A stretch of DNA of 64,000 nucleotides from Chiloscyllium plagiosum (Eukaryota): positions 66,989,776 to 67,053,775 of the forward strand of contig NC_057719.1 of the NCBI RefSeq assembly GCF_004010195.1, written 5' to 3'. The position numbers and the translations under genes were made by a program. The stretch's first letter is position 1, and each line of letters opens with the position of its first letter. Below the pieces are notes generated by a model, which had not been told where the DNA came from, ran no database searches, and worked only from the letters and a program-made list of their open reading frames with translations. Shown piece after piece: positions 1-12,439 of this stretch.

Positions 1-783
1 AAAAAGAATACAAGCATAGACTACTTTCTAAATGGTGAGAAAATTAATAAAGCCAAAGCACAAAGGGATCTGGGAGTGCTAGTCGAGGATTCTCTAAAGG
101 TAAACATGCAGGTTGAGTCCGTGATGAAGAACGCGAATGCAATGTTGTCTCTTATCTCAAGAGGGTTGGAATATAAAAGCAGAGATGTACTACTAAGACT
201 TTATAAAGCTCTGGTTAGGCCCCATTTGGAGTACTGTGTCCAGTTTTGGTCCCCACACCTCAGGAAGGACATACTGGCACTGGAGCATGTCCAGTGGAGA
301 TTCAAACGGATGACCCCTGAAATGCTAGGCCTAACATATGATGAACTGATGAGGATCCTGAGATTGTATTCATTAGAGTTTAGAACATTGAGGGGACATC
401 CAATACAAACTTACAATAGAATGCATGGCTTGAAAAGGGTGGATGCTGGGTTTTTGTTTCTGTTAGGTGGGGATTCTAGAATCCTTGGGCACAGCTTTAG
501 AATTAGAGGGGGTCATTTCAGAACAGGAATGCGGAGACATTTCTTCAGCCAGTCAGCCAGAGAGTGGTGGAATTCATTGCCATGGAGTGCAGTGGAAGCC
601 AGGACGCTAAATGTCTTCAAGGCCGAGATTGATAGATTCTTGTTGTCTAGAGGAATTAAGGGCTACGGGGAGAACGCTGGTAAGTGGAGCTGAAATGCGC
701 ATCAGCCATGATTGAATGGCGGAGTGGACTCGATGGGCCGAATGGCCTTACTTCCACTCCTATGTCTTATGGTCTTATGGTCT
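1..783 (+). mobile_element. CR1-type LINE, 3' part
   Basis: ORF 76-693 has LYKALVRPHLEYCVQFWSP and FFSQ..WNSLP; tail tatgtcttatggtcttatggtct. Confidence 0.92.
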
Positions 784-1684
784 AACCCTCTCTATTGGAG
801 AACAGTCACATACCTAACAGCTATTGTGCAATAAGCACTTGTTAACCAGTAAAGTTATTGCATACTCATACTGGACAATAATTTACTGTTTGCTTTGTCT
901 GCTTATGATGTGTTTTACCAGTGATCCATCAGGAATATTTTCATGCTAAACACAATGTCTCTAGTCATTTAAAAGTCGTGAGGGACCATGCCAATGGCCA
1001 GAGTCTAATCTCCACTTCTGAACTCATTCCTTGCTAATTTCAAGTGGTATAGCAATAGAGTCAGTACAATTGGCTGCTCAACTTCTGAATTCGGAAACGG
1101 TATTCTATCAGTCATGGTCTTGAACCCCTGCATTTGTGAATAGTGCTGAAGAAAGGATAAGGCATTCCTGCAGTCAGCCCATTGACCCTCCATTGTCACT
1201 ACTCATATGAATAATACTCACAAGGGTAAGTTTCTAATGACTTTGGACAAAATGTCTTTGAAGCCATACTCCAATGAGGTAGTAATAAGAGAAATGAGAA
1301 GATTGTAAGAGAATCAAAGGTTTCACCCTGATTGATATCTATTTCTGAAAAATTCCGCATCTAGATTCTATAAAAAAGGAGCATTTGGTGCAGTCAATTG
1401 AAGCGTGACTCCAACAACGATCATTCTATCATAAGCCATCAGTAACCACGGTTACTGGTGTTTTCTGTCGTTATTCAGTATGATTGGAGTAATTGGTAAT
1501 CATTAAGTCATTAATTAAAATGAACAAGTATAACATTTCTAAATTAGTAGATCTGTCAGTTTACAATAAAAGGTTCATGTCAAAAATGAGTCATTTATAG
1601 AGTGAAGTGAGTTAGGACTAAAACATGTGTTTGAAACTGCTTATGTAACAACATATGTAATTTACGTATTCTGCATTATTTCAG

Positions 1685-1765
1685 CTTTCTTTGGACCTCT
1701 ACTATTCAGAAGATGAGATTTATGAGCTTTCGTATGCCCGTGAGCCAAGGAATAACAAAGTTCCT
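1685..1765 (+). CDS. RASGRP1: RASGRP1 coding exon (likely human exon 10 equivalent), end of CDC25/RasGEF domain
   Basis: tttcag|CTTTCT...GTTCCT|gtaagg; 81 bp, phase 0-0; [27 protein letters not shown] matches RasGRP1 [23 protein letters not shown]. Upstream exons lie outside the window. Confidence 0.95.
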
Positions 1766-2699
1766 GTAAGGCAGTTTTTTCAAACTATTGCTATCGCATG
1801 ACCCTGATTTTCCCACTAAATGCCATGTTATGTCATCCATTATTGCTGTCTGGAACTGTGATCACTTTGTCAGAATAATCAATTACATTTCATTAAAAAG
1901 TGCAGATGGAAAAATTTTAAAAGACGATGAAATTCGGTTACACTCAAATCAAATGGCCTCTGGTTCCGAAGAAGTTAGTAATTGATTTCTGTATGAATGC
2001 AATTTTTAAGTATCCAAGATCTTTAAATGTAAGAAAAGTTTGGAAGTTGAACTAAAACTTAGAACACAAACTCATCTCAGCATTTATAAATATTATTTTG
2101 TCAGAAATAATCCCAACTGATACGCTAACATGGTCTTAACTGAGCCATTTTAGATTTATCTGCAAAATATTTGAATTTAACAAAATATAGAGTGAATCAT
2201 TTTAACTTTGAGTAGTATTCAAAGTTATCAGTATTACAAGTGACTAATAGCATAAAACAGACAATATCCTATCAGTCAATGGTAAGGTTACTCACAGATA
2301 ACTTAAACATCAGATGGTCTGACTGTACATAATGCCACAATACGATGGGCCTTCTGTGTGATGTGCAACATGTTTTCCTGTCCTTTATGGTTGCTCCACA
2401 TTAAGCCTTTTTAGGACAATTCACCAACTCTCTGTTTTGAAATGTGTCGTCTACAAAGCAAAATGGAATGATCATGTGCGGAAATGGTTTTGCATAACTA
2501 TCTGACAGTTTATCCTCTTCCTTAGAAATTTTCTCCTTGATGTAATTATTGGTATAACTGATGTGCAAAGGTAGTCTTAGCGATATGTTTTGTATTAAAA
2601 GGATCAGCTATGGGTGTATGGGGAAACAGTTGCAAAAGTCCACTAACGATGCTGATCCTTTGAGTCTTTGTGTGGGGTATGTATATGCATAGCTTCCCC

Positions 2700-3400
2700 A
2701 TCTGGTTGGGAGGTGAGCAATAAATCATATCACTAGGAACTAATGTTGAGTCCTGTATTCTGCTAGTTTTATTGCAAATTAATTTTGAGGCCGTCTGTTG
2801 AATAATATACGTGTGTCTATTAGTGCAGTGGCCTCAGTTCCAGAACTCATTAAATGAGATCCCAGTATTTTGCCTTACTTATTGGCCTTATTCAGCTGTG
2901 TTATTACTTTTAGTGATTTGTATATCCCTACCTTCGATCTCTCTGCTTCTCTACCCTACCTCAACGCATTTTCAAAGGAGTTGTGACCGCCATTCTCTTC
3001 CAATCAAAATGTATCACTTCACGATCATCTGTTGAAAGCTTGTATCAATTCCATGTTCATTCTGCAAAGCTCTTTGTGTCTTCCTGCACTTTTCACTGTA
3101 TTCCTCTGCATTTATTACACACTTCAATTTGGTATTGTCCATGAATTTTGAAGTTTTATTTGACACCCCAATTCCAAATCACCTAAATAAATATCTACTT
3201 TTTGCAAGCCTACTGCCAGTTTTCTGTTTAGTAGCTAGCTTGCTCTCTGAACTGCTTCTTGTCCCCAATTCCAAGGATCTGACCTTTGTCATCAGTTTAC
3301 ATTATGAAACCTTATTAAATTCCTTCTGAAAATTCAAATATTATGTCCACAGTATTAGACTTATATACCCTTTTGTTACTTATTCAAATAAATTAGATAA
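2700..3400 (-). mobile_element. Old, degraded CR1 fragment
   Basis: Residual similarity to the CR1 RT region seen in younger copies; boundaries approximate. Confidence 0.45.
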
Positions 3401-3496
3401 TTCAATATTTGTTCAAGTTCAAACTTCCATTTAGAAGCTGTCTCCTTGTTCTTGTATTTTCACTTGGTGAATGTTTTCCTATTATAATGTAAAAAA

Positions 3497-3630
3497 AATT
3501 GAAAGAACTGAGGATGCTGGAAATCAGAAACAAAAACAAATTTCTGGAAAAATTCAGCAGGTCCAGCAGCATCTGTGAAGAGAAAGCAGAGTTAAGGTTT
3601 CAGGTCCAGTGACCTTTCTTAAAAACTGAG
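3497..3630 (-). mobile_element. PLE-derived short insert, family C, single arm
   Basis: gatgctggaaatcagaaac..gcagcatctgtg..gagttaaggtttcaggtccagtgacc is shared with 21410-21640 and 40551-40660; aatgtaaaaa on both sides. Confidence 0.65.
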
Positions 3631-3859
3631 CCAATGTAAAAATTCAAGGCACATGTGTATCTTTAGCTGCAAAGAAAGACTTCTTTGAAAACATGCCATG
3701 AACCTTTGTAACATGTAATTTCAAGAATAGCCACAAATAACTGTCTATATCCACAGCAAAGCAACATATAATATGTCTATTTCCCTTGTAAATGTTGAGG
3801 CAAAGCAATTATTCAATACTTCCAGCATTTCAAAGCGATTACCTATGAATTGATCATTT

Positions 3860-4620
3860 ATAGAGTCATAGAAAAGTGCAGAACAAAAACAGACCCTTCG
3901 GTCCAACTCGTCCATGCCAACCAGATATCCCAACTGAATCTATTCTCACTCGCCAGCACCCAGCCCATATCCAAACAAATCTTTCCTATTCATATACCCA
4001 TCCAGATGCCTTTTAAATGTTTCAATTGTACCAGCCTCCACCACTTCCTCTGGCAGCTCATCCCGTACCATACCACCCTATGCGTGAAAAGGTTGCCTCT
4101 GAGGTCTCTTTTATATCTTTCCCCTCTCACCCTCAACCTATGCCCCCTAGTTCTGGACTCCCCTACCCCAGGGAAAAGACTGTGTCTATTTATTCTATCC
4201 ACGCACCTCAACATTTTATAAAATTCTATGAGGTCACCCCTCAGCCTCTGACGCTCCAGGGAAAACAGCCCAGCCTGTTCAGCCTCTCCCTAAAGCTCAA
4301 ATCCTCCAATCCAGGCAACATCCTTGTAAATCTTTTCTGAACCTTTTCAAGTTTCACAATAACTTTCCGATAGGAAGGAGACCAGAAGTGCATGCAATGT
4401 TCCAGAAGTGGCCTCGTCAATGTCCTGTACAGCCACAACATGACATCCCAACTCCTGTACTCAATACTGTGACCAATAAAGGAAAGCATACCAAACGCCT
4501 TCTTCACTATCCTATCTACCTGTGACTCCACTTTCAAGGAGCTATGAACCTGCACTCCAAGGTCTCTTTGTTCAGCAATACTCCCTAGGACCTTACCATT
4601 AAGTTATTAAGTCCTGCTTG
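3860..4620 (-). mobile_element. CR1 LINE 3' fragment
   Basis: Minus ORFs LYRTLTRPLLEHCMHFWSP and SRTRGHRLRVRG; tail atagagtcatag. Confidence 0.92.
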
Positions 4621-5043
4621 TAACTAAAAGTAAACTTGTTCTTGTCCAGATTTTCTCTTGTTACTTATGTATAGAAGAATAATTTACCTTCTTTTCACAT
4701 TCCTTGATAATAATTTCTTTATTAAATTAGAAACTATTGCAAGATAAATATAACTAAAATATGATGTGTATTGTATGAAGGAAAATCTGCTTTTTTTATT
4801 CAATGAATGTCTTAACCCAGTTAGAATAGGCAAGTCACAATAAGCTGTGCAGCTTGGCACAAGTGACTTAAATTAGGTTCTTATTCAGTTACTAATGCAG
4901 AAAACAAATTGTGTTCAAAATTCTATTGATTGTATAAATTGCTGACTGACTAAAGTATCCAACTGCAATATCAACATTTGAAAATAATGTGTTTTACTCA
5001 TGGATGGAAGTAACCAATTGCTGTTTATGATTGTACCATTTAG

Positions 5044-5148
5044 CCAGCAACTCCTTGTAAGCCACCTGTAGTGGCAGACTGGGCCTCTGGAGTCTCAACA
5101 AAGCCTGATCCCAAGACGATCAGTAAGCATGTTCAGCGCATGGTTGAC
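5044..5148 (+). CDS. RASGRP1: RASGRP1 coding exon (exon 11 equivalent), CDC25-EF linker
   Basis: tttag|CCAGCA...GTTGAC|gtaagt; 105 bp, phase 0-0; [35 protein letters not shown]. Confidence 0.96.
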
Positions 5149-5322
5149 GTAAGTTTTTTCCTGCTGTCAATACTGTGTCATATATTTAATTCTAGCTTTC
5201 TTTTCATTTTATTGCAACCAGCGAGAAAACCCTCCATTATATTTCTTCACAAGCATTTATCCTCCAAAAGTGTTAGATTTTTATTAACAGAGCATATTGA
5301 ACAGAAAGAATGTTTAAGATTT

Positions 5323-5925
5323 ATAGAGTCATAGAGTCATAGAGATGTACAGCACAGAAACAGACCTCTTGGTCCAACTCTTCCATGCTAACCAGATATC
5401 CCAACCCAATCTCGTCCCACCTGCCAGCACCCGGCCCATATCCCTCCAAACTCTTCCTATTCACATACCCATCCTTTTAAATGCCTTTTTGTTGTTGCAA
5501 TTGTACCAGCCTCCACCACTTTCTCTGGCAGCTCATTCCATACACGTACCACCCTCTGCGTGAAAATGTTGCCCCTTTGTTCTCTTTTATATCTTTCCCC
5601 TCTCACTCTAAACCTATGCCCTCTAGTTCTGGATTCCCCGACCCCAGGGAAAAGACTTTGCCTATTTACCCTATCCATGCCCTTCATAATTTTGTAAACC
5701 TCTATAAGGTCACCCCTCAGCCTCCGACGCTCCAGAGAAAACAGCCCCAGCCTGTTCAGCCTCTCTCCATAGCACAAATCCTCCAACCCTGGCAACATCC
5801 TTGTAGATCTTTTCTGAACCCTTTCAAGTTTGACAACATCTTTCCGATAGGAAGGACACCAGAATTGCACACAATATTCCAACAGTGGCCTAACCAACGT
5901 CCTGTATAGCCGCAACATGACCTCT
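5323..5925 (-). mobile_element. CR1 LINE 3' fragment
   Basis: ORF 5457-5918 LYRTLVRPLLEYCVQFWCP..LERRRLRGDLIEVYKI; (atagagtc)n tail. Confidence 0.93.
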
Positions 5926-7500
5926 TGCAGTCTAAGGATGCACTGAGCATTACAGAAGAAGAATCAGACCATGAATTCTAAACATCTGAAGCTTGATTTT
6001 CCTGTAGACTTTTGAACTCAACTGGCAAACTCAAATGAGTAGATGCACTGTGTGAGAAATAATCACTCATTATGATTTACCCAATGCAGCCGATTAATGA
6101 CCAGAGTGTGGGCATGCCATACAATTAAGAAATACAAGTGGACTTTAGAGGCTGACTAGACATTCCAACTTGAAAGAAGTGGTAGGTTTCCATGCTATAT
6201 GAAGCTGGGCCACTGCTTCATGTAGTGGAGGGTGCCCTACAATAGATGTTACACACAGTTAGGCTTGTAAGCATACCTGAAGCTTCTGACCTCTGACCTG
6301 TTGCATGGAGGTCCAATCAGCTAAATTGCCCCCACTGTTGCAGAAGCTAGAGGCCCTTACTGAGCTGGATTGGTTATACCCAGTGTGTGTAAGGGGCAGC
6401 TATGCCTTCCTTCATCACCCTCCAGGAAAGCACATTTATATTTGATATTGTTATCACCTGCGTGTCTCTGCTTCTGCCCCCGTGGTTGTTGAAACTTTAC
6501 ATGAAACTCAAATTTTTATCACACTTTCATGCTTTGCTTGGAAAAGGGTAGGAATTTGTGGAAGGATTCAATGTAATGATACAAGCCTTCCTTTTATAGA
6601 TACATATGCTGGAGAATTTTAATGTGTTGGTATGCATTTGTTGTAGAGAACAACCATATTCACTGAACACAAGGATTCTGCTGGATGCCAATCCAGAATT
6701 CATTTAATTGCTTCTGTATCTATTGATTGTGTTTTTTTTTAAAAATCAAGCTTTTCTACAAGAATAAAAAAAATGCACTTTTGATTTTGGTTTTGACAAA
6801 AGCAAATGGCTATTGGCTGAACACTTCACTCCACTGCCATTGCATAAAAATTGTACAATACAGTCCCTAGCAAGAATACTACTTATGTATCTATAGATAT
6901 ATATGTTATATGTTCACTACATATATAACAAATATATCTAGAAAGCTACAGTGAGAAGTGTTTTATCGCCAAAATTCAGCGCCATTTTGAGTTTCAAAAA
7001 GAATAAAAAGTAATACATAAATAGAGTTAATCTTGTACCAATAACTAAACTTCAAAACAGCAAGGTACATAGTAATTATCTCTAACACAGTGGATTTGCA
7101 ACAATGAGCAATTAAGGATAGGCTTTAGCCACTTTTTGATGTTTGAAAGCTGAATGTATGATAACATTTACTTCAACAAAAGCTCTGTATTTGTTCAAGT
7201 GATTGACTTCACTACATTCTAAACAAAAAGTTTAAACATTTTAATTTTGCAAGAAGTATGTGAGAAGGTGGTACATTAATGCTTCTTGATGTGATCTGTC
7301 ATGAGTTTTCAGTGGAATCCCCACCCTCAATGAGTTACATCGGAGTTAGTAATTTGAAGTCAGGTGGAGTACAAATAGCAACAGAATATTATGGTTCAGA
7401 AGTACAGGGCCTTATGACACTCAATAGTTCAGAGATATCTTGATGAAATTAGATACCAATTTTCAAAGGGAAATTAGTGTAATAGGGACAGAATTAGATA

Positions 7501-7670
7501 AGGCGAAAGTGAGGACTGCAGATGCTGGAGATCAGAGTCAAGATTAGAGTAGTGCTGGAAAAGCCCAGCAGGTCAGGCAGCATCCGAGGAGCAGGAAAAT
7601 TGATGTTTCGGGCAAAAACCCTTCATCAGGAATGATGCAGGGAGCCTCCGGGGTGGAGAGATAGATGTGC
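7501..7670 (-). mobile_element. PLE 3' end (family A) with hammerhead-like motif
   Basis: Reverse complement resembles the PLE 3' end at 35520-35645; reads CTGATGA-A-GGGT-TTTT-GCCC-GAAACATC on - near 7601-7630. Confidence 0.8.
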
Positions 7671-7771
7671 ATCCTTTCTAATTTACATGAACATAATTAC
7701 TAGTACAACTCATGAACCCATTTCTGTTGTTTGACCATTTGTTATGTTATTCATTTGCTTATCCAATGCAG

Positions 7772-7881
7772 TCTGTCTTTAAAAATTACGACCATGATCA
7801 GGATGGCTATATTTCCCAAGAGGAGTTTGAAAAGATCGCTGCAAGTTTTCCATTTTCCTTCTGCGTTATGGACAAAGATTG
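7772..7881 (+). CDS. RASGRP1: RASGRP1 coding exon (exon 12 equivalent), EF-hand 1
   Basis: atgcag|TCTGTC...GATTG|gtgagt; 110 bp, phase 0-2; [36 protein letters not shown]. Confidence 0.96.
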
Positions 7882-8284
7882 GTGAGTACAGCAATGTCAG
7901 TCAGGGCAGTACAAAATATTTCAATGAAGCAACAGCAAGTAGCAGAACAGACTATAAGTAAATATGCATCTTGGATTGAAGGGCATTGAGAAAGACACTG
8001 CCACCTCGCTGGTTTAAATTTATTTGTTTCCTACACACAGTGAAATCATATGGAACAGAGAAGGCCATTTTGCCCAGTAAGCCTTTGCCATGAATTATTT
8101 ATCTAATTAGACATATTCCCTCGCTCTTTTCCTAAGAGCTCTGCCGATTCCCTTTTGAAAATTGGACCTGAGTTTCTGGCTTAATCTTTTCTTTTCTTCC
8201 CTTTGTTTTGCCTTTCATGTCAAATGTAGCATAACGTTTTTATTTATTTTCTCTACCTAAGGTTTGCACCTATGATGATGCTAT

Positions 8285-8470
8285 ATTAGATTAGATTCCC
8301 TACAGTGTGGAAACAGGCCGGTTGACCCAACAAATCCACACCAGCCCTCCCACGCAGACACGGGGAGAATGCGCAAACTCCACACAGACAGTCAGCCAAG
8401 GCTGGAATCAAACCCGTGTCCCTGGTGCTGTGAGGCAGCAGTGCTAACCACTGAACCACTGTGCCACCCA
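8285..8470 (-). mobile_element. tRNA-derived SINE (HE1-like), internally deleted
   Basis: Minus head gggtggcacagtggttcagtggttagcactgctgcctcacagcaccagggac..ttgattcc; (attag)n tail. Confidence 0.85.
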
Positions 8471-8964
8471 AGATGTTTGCGACATTGTACATTTTTCACT
8501 GTCCTCCTGTTCTTTTGCAACTTCAGGGCATGTGACAAAAATTTTAAATTCCACTTCTAATTTCAAGTTTGATTCTAATTTACTCTATCTCCCCCTCCAT
8601 TGTAATTGTTAATTTTTAATCCTTAAATTTCACTGCTGAACAGGATAGAGTCCAGTATGCATCCCAATCCCAGTTGCCCCATTGTAAATTTACACATGTA
8701 GCAATTTGAAGTGTAAGCATAGCTTAAAACTGAATGAGGAAGGAAAAGCAACCAACTCACAGACCATGCCATGAAATCCTCCCTCTGCAAATTCTATCCC
8801 ATTGAAACCAACTACATACATCCCAGATCATAGCTTGCTGAGTTAAATTCTCCTCTAATACCTGCCTGAAACATAACTCTGTTTCTCTTCTGCCCTGCTG
8901 AACATTTCCAGCATTTTGTATTTTTAATCTCCTCTTTCTCCCACGTGTGCTTTTGTCAATTGCA

Positions 8965-9480
8965 ATACATGCATGCAGTTTTGGTCACCTTATCTGAGGA
9001 AGGATATTCTGGCTAGTGAAGGAGTGCAAGAAAGGTTTACCATACTGACTCCTGGGATTACAGGACTAACGTATGAAGAGAGACTGGATTGGTTGGGTCT
9101 GTATTCACTGGAGATTCAAAAATTTCATAGAAATGTATAAGGTTCTAAGGCCAAGACAGTATAAACACAGGAAGAATGTTCCCAAAAGAGTCTAGAAACA
9201 AGGCTCACGAACAAAGGATATGGATAGGCCATTCTGGACTGAAATGAGGAAAGATTTCTTCAATCAGAGAGTGGTGAGCATGTGGAATTCTCTGCCACAG
9301 AAAGCGGTTCAGGCCAAAACTTTGAATGTTTTCAAGAAGAAGTTAAATGTAGCTCTTAGAGCTGAAGGATTAGAGGGCATGAGACAAAGATGGAAACAGG
9401 GTACTGAATTGGAAGATCAGCCATGATCACGTTAAAAGGTGCAGCAGGCTCCAAAGGCTGCTCCTATCCTCCAACTTTCT
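8965..9480 (+). mobile_element. CR1 LINE 3' fragment
   Basis: gcagttttggtcacc; ORF FFNQRVVSMWNSLPQKAV. Confidence 0.85.
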
Positions 9481-9838
9481 ATAGAATCGTTCATCCTTAG
9501 TGTGGCAGCAGGTTATTCAGCCCATCGAGTCCACCCCGACCTTTTAAGAGCATCCCACCCAGACCCACCCCATACCCCATCCCTATTACCCTACATTTTC
9601 CATGGCTAATGCACCTAGTCTGCATGGCCCCAGACACTATGGACAATTTAGCATGGCCATTCCACCCTAACCTGCACAGCTTTGGACTGTGGAAGGAAAC
9701 AAGGATCTGGAGGAAAAGCACACAGATACAGGGAGAATGCGCAAGCTCCACACAAACTGTCACCTGACAGAGAATCAAACCCGGGTCCCTGGTGCTGTGA
9801 GGCAGCAGTGCTGGCTACGGAGTCACCATGCCACCCTG
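9481..9838 (-). mobile_element. tRNA-derived SINE (HE1-like)
   Basis: Same head and body as 8285-8470, 42488-42822 and 51997-52289. Confidence 0.85.
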
Positions 9839-10937
9839 TGTACCTTCTGGGTATTGACTTCCTTGCCAGTGGAAACTATTTTTCCCTAACTCCTGATCAA
9901 CATTCTTCATAACTTTGAATACTTTTATGAATACTTACATAAAATCTCCCCTTTGCTCTGTTTCTTCTAAGGAAAACAATCACAGTTTATTTATGCTTTC
10001 CATCCTTGTAGTTAGTTCTAAGTTTGTTGTGCTCGAACATCTAAAATTGAGATGATTTATGCATCTGATCCTTCTGTCATTTTCTGCTCCACAAAATTAC
10101 AAAGTAATAACTTCAAAAAAAACCACAGATATAGACATGACTCATCAATTCCACAAACTTTGCTGCAAATAATTCTTAGTCTACAAAAATGAACCAATTT
10201 ATATGCATAGCAACAGAAAGACATACTAAATTAACAAAGGTCTAGTTGACTAGTTAACATCAACCAACTCATACATCGCAGAGGATAGAATATTTTGCAG
10301 GGGCACATTTCTTATTGGTTTGTAATTGTAATGCTTAACACTAGAGAAATATACTATAGTTAGCAGAATGTTCTGTGCTCATACATTGATTATTAGTCTA
10401 AGAACAAAGACATTCTCTTTTATTTGGCACCAGTGAAAGAAAAATATATCTGGCAGAAAATCTTTAAAACGTATTTCAAGTTGTAATCAGTCAACAAATC
10501 ATCACTGCACAGACCAATGTAATCAAAAGTGCACTTAAAAGGATTTTCTAATATTCTCTTTATGTAGATGTACCTCTTGCGGCAGCTCCCTCAATGCGTT
10601 CCCTAGTGTCCGAGAACATAGCCCATTCACAATGTATGAGCAGCTGTTGAAAAGGCAGTACAGATTTGTGCTGCAGACATTGTCAGTTTTGGAGGAGGAA
10701 CTGTGCAGGTTAACATTGCTCATAAAAGCCAGCAATGTTGTTATTGTAATCTGAAATCTAAGTCTACCCATGGCCAGGCACCATACCAATATGTTATATA
10801 TGCACTTTTGTTTGCTACCAATGATGTTGCACCTCCATCACTGTTGGAGGATAACATAAAACTCCTGAGGTGGAACTCCAAGCTCCTTGGGCACAAGTAT
10901 GATTTCATTCATTTTACACAGCACCCTTCAAAGTTAG

Positions 10938-11142
10938 GTGAAAGTGGGGACTGCCGATGCTGGAGGTCAGAGTCAAAAAGTGTGGTGCTGGAAAAGCACA
11001 ACAGGTCAGGCAGCATCCAAGGAGCAGGAGAGTTGATGTTTTAAGCAAGACATTCCTGATGAAGAGCTTATACTGAAAACATCGATTCTCCTGCTCCTTG
11101 GATACTGCCTGGCTGGCTGTCCTTTTCCAGCACCACACTTTT
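10938..11142. mobile_element. Fold-back PLE-derived element (family A), 16-bp TSD
   Basis: Inverted arms meeting near 11050; TSD cacc c(t/a)tcaaagttag at 10922-10937 and 11143-11158 (1 mismatch). Confidence 0.85.
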
Positions 11143-11227
11143 CACCCATCAAAGTTAGTAATGACTGTACCAATGAAAGTTACAAATGTAACTGAAGTTT
11201 CTTTGCTATCATAAAAGAACATCTGAA

Positions 11228-11710
11228 ATATAGAATATAGAACATTACAGCGCAGTACAGGCCCTTCAGCCCTCGATGTTGCACTGATCTGTGAAACCAA
11301 TCTGAAGCTCATCTAACCTACGCTATTCCATTTTCATTCATATATATATCCAATGGCCATTTAAATGCCCTTAAAGTTGGCAAGTCTGTTACTGTTGCAG
11401 GCTATGCGTTCCACACTCATACTACTCTCTGAGTAAAGAAACTACCTCTGACATCTGTCCTATACCTATATAGTCGCCTCAAGTCCCTCAACTTTTCCTC
11501 GTAAGACTTCCACTCCATACCAGGCAACATCCTGGTAAATCTCCTCTGAACCCTTTCCAAAGCGTCCCCATCCTTCCTATAATGTGGTGACCAGAACTGC
11601 ACGCCAAGTGCAGCTGCACCAGAACTTTGTACAGCTGCAGCATGACCTCATGGTTCCGAAATTCAATCCCTCTATTAATAAAAGCTAACAAACTGCATAC
11701 CTTCTTAAAA
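11228..11710 (-). mobile_element. CR1 LINE 3' fragment with internal deletion
   Basis: QFWSPHYRKDGDALERVQRRFTRMLP; tail atagaatatagaacat. Confidence 0.88.
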
Positions 11711-12075
11711 TGCAATATTGAAGTGCATATCTTTGATATTTACTGAGATTGTCCTAAAATCACTAGTGTGCAGTGCTTGAATATCATAATAAACCGTCAC
11801 TAAATTACAGATTTGCCCAAGGAAGAATTGTTTGATTGTATTCACTACTGATATGAATTTGTTAAAATGTTATGTAAAATAGTGTGTAGTGATCTCTGCA
11901 GAATAAATTATTTATGTTTCCATTAATGAATGATAAAGATAATAAAGATTTAAATGGTAACCTATTCTCTATCAGTTACCAATTTACCTGAATATGTTTT
12001 ATAGAGTTCCTATTGTATTTATGTCATTCCAAGTTTGTATAAGATCTTTAGCAATGAAGGATTCTCATTTTACAG

Positions 12076-12220
12076 TGAAGGTCTAATAAGCAGAGAAGAA
12101 ATTACAGCCTACTTCATGAGATCCAGCTCCATCTTCTCGAAATCAGTCCTCGGCTTTCTGCATAATTTCCAGGAGACAACATATCTGAAACCAACTTTCT
12201 GTGACAACTGTGCTGGATTT
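12076..12220 (+). CDS. RASGRP1: RASGRP1 coding exon (exon 13 equivalent), EF-hand 2 and start of C1 domain
   Basis: ttacag|TGAAGG...GGATTT|gtaagt; 145 bp, phase 2-0; (C)[48 protein letters not shown]. Confidence 0.96.
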
Positions 12221-12439
12221 GTAAGTTGATTTAACCTATAGTCTCCCAGCTTGTAAGATGTCACTGAGCAACTGTTGATGACTGAAAAAAATGCTATAAA
12301 TATTTTATCTGAATGTAGTCTGAAAAATAATAAGGAGTTATAGATGATAGCTTTACTATTCATTGGTGTAATGGCCATAATAGGTTATTGTCTGTGCTAC
12401 TGTCCTAGTAATCCAGAGGTCAAATCACACCATGACATC

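Noticed and set aside
76..693. 205-aa ORF as a host gene
   Set aside because: CR1 ORF2 C-terminus followed by a CR1 microsatellite tail
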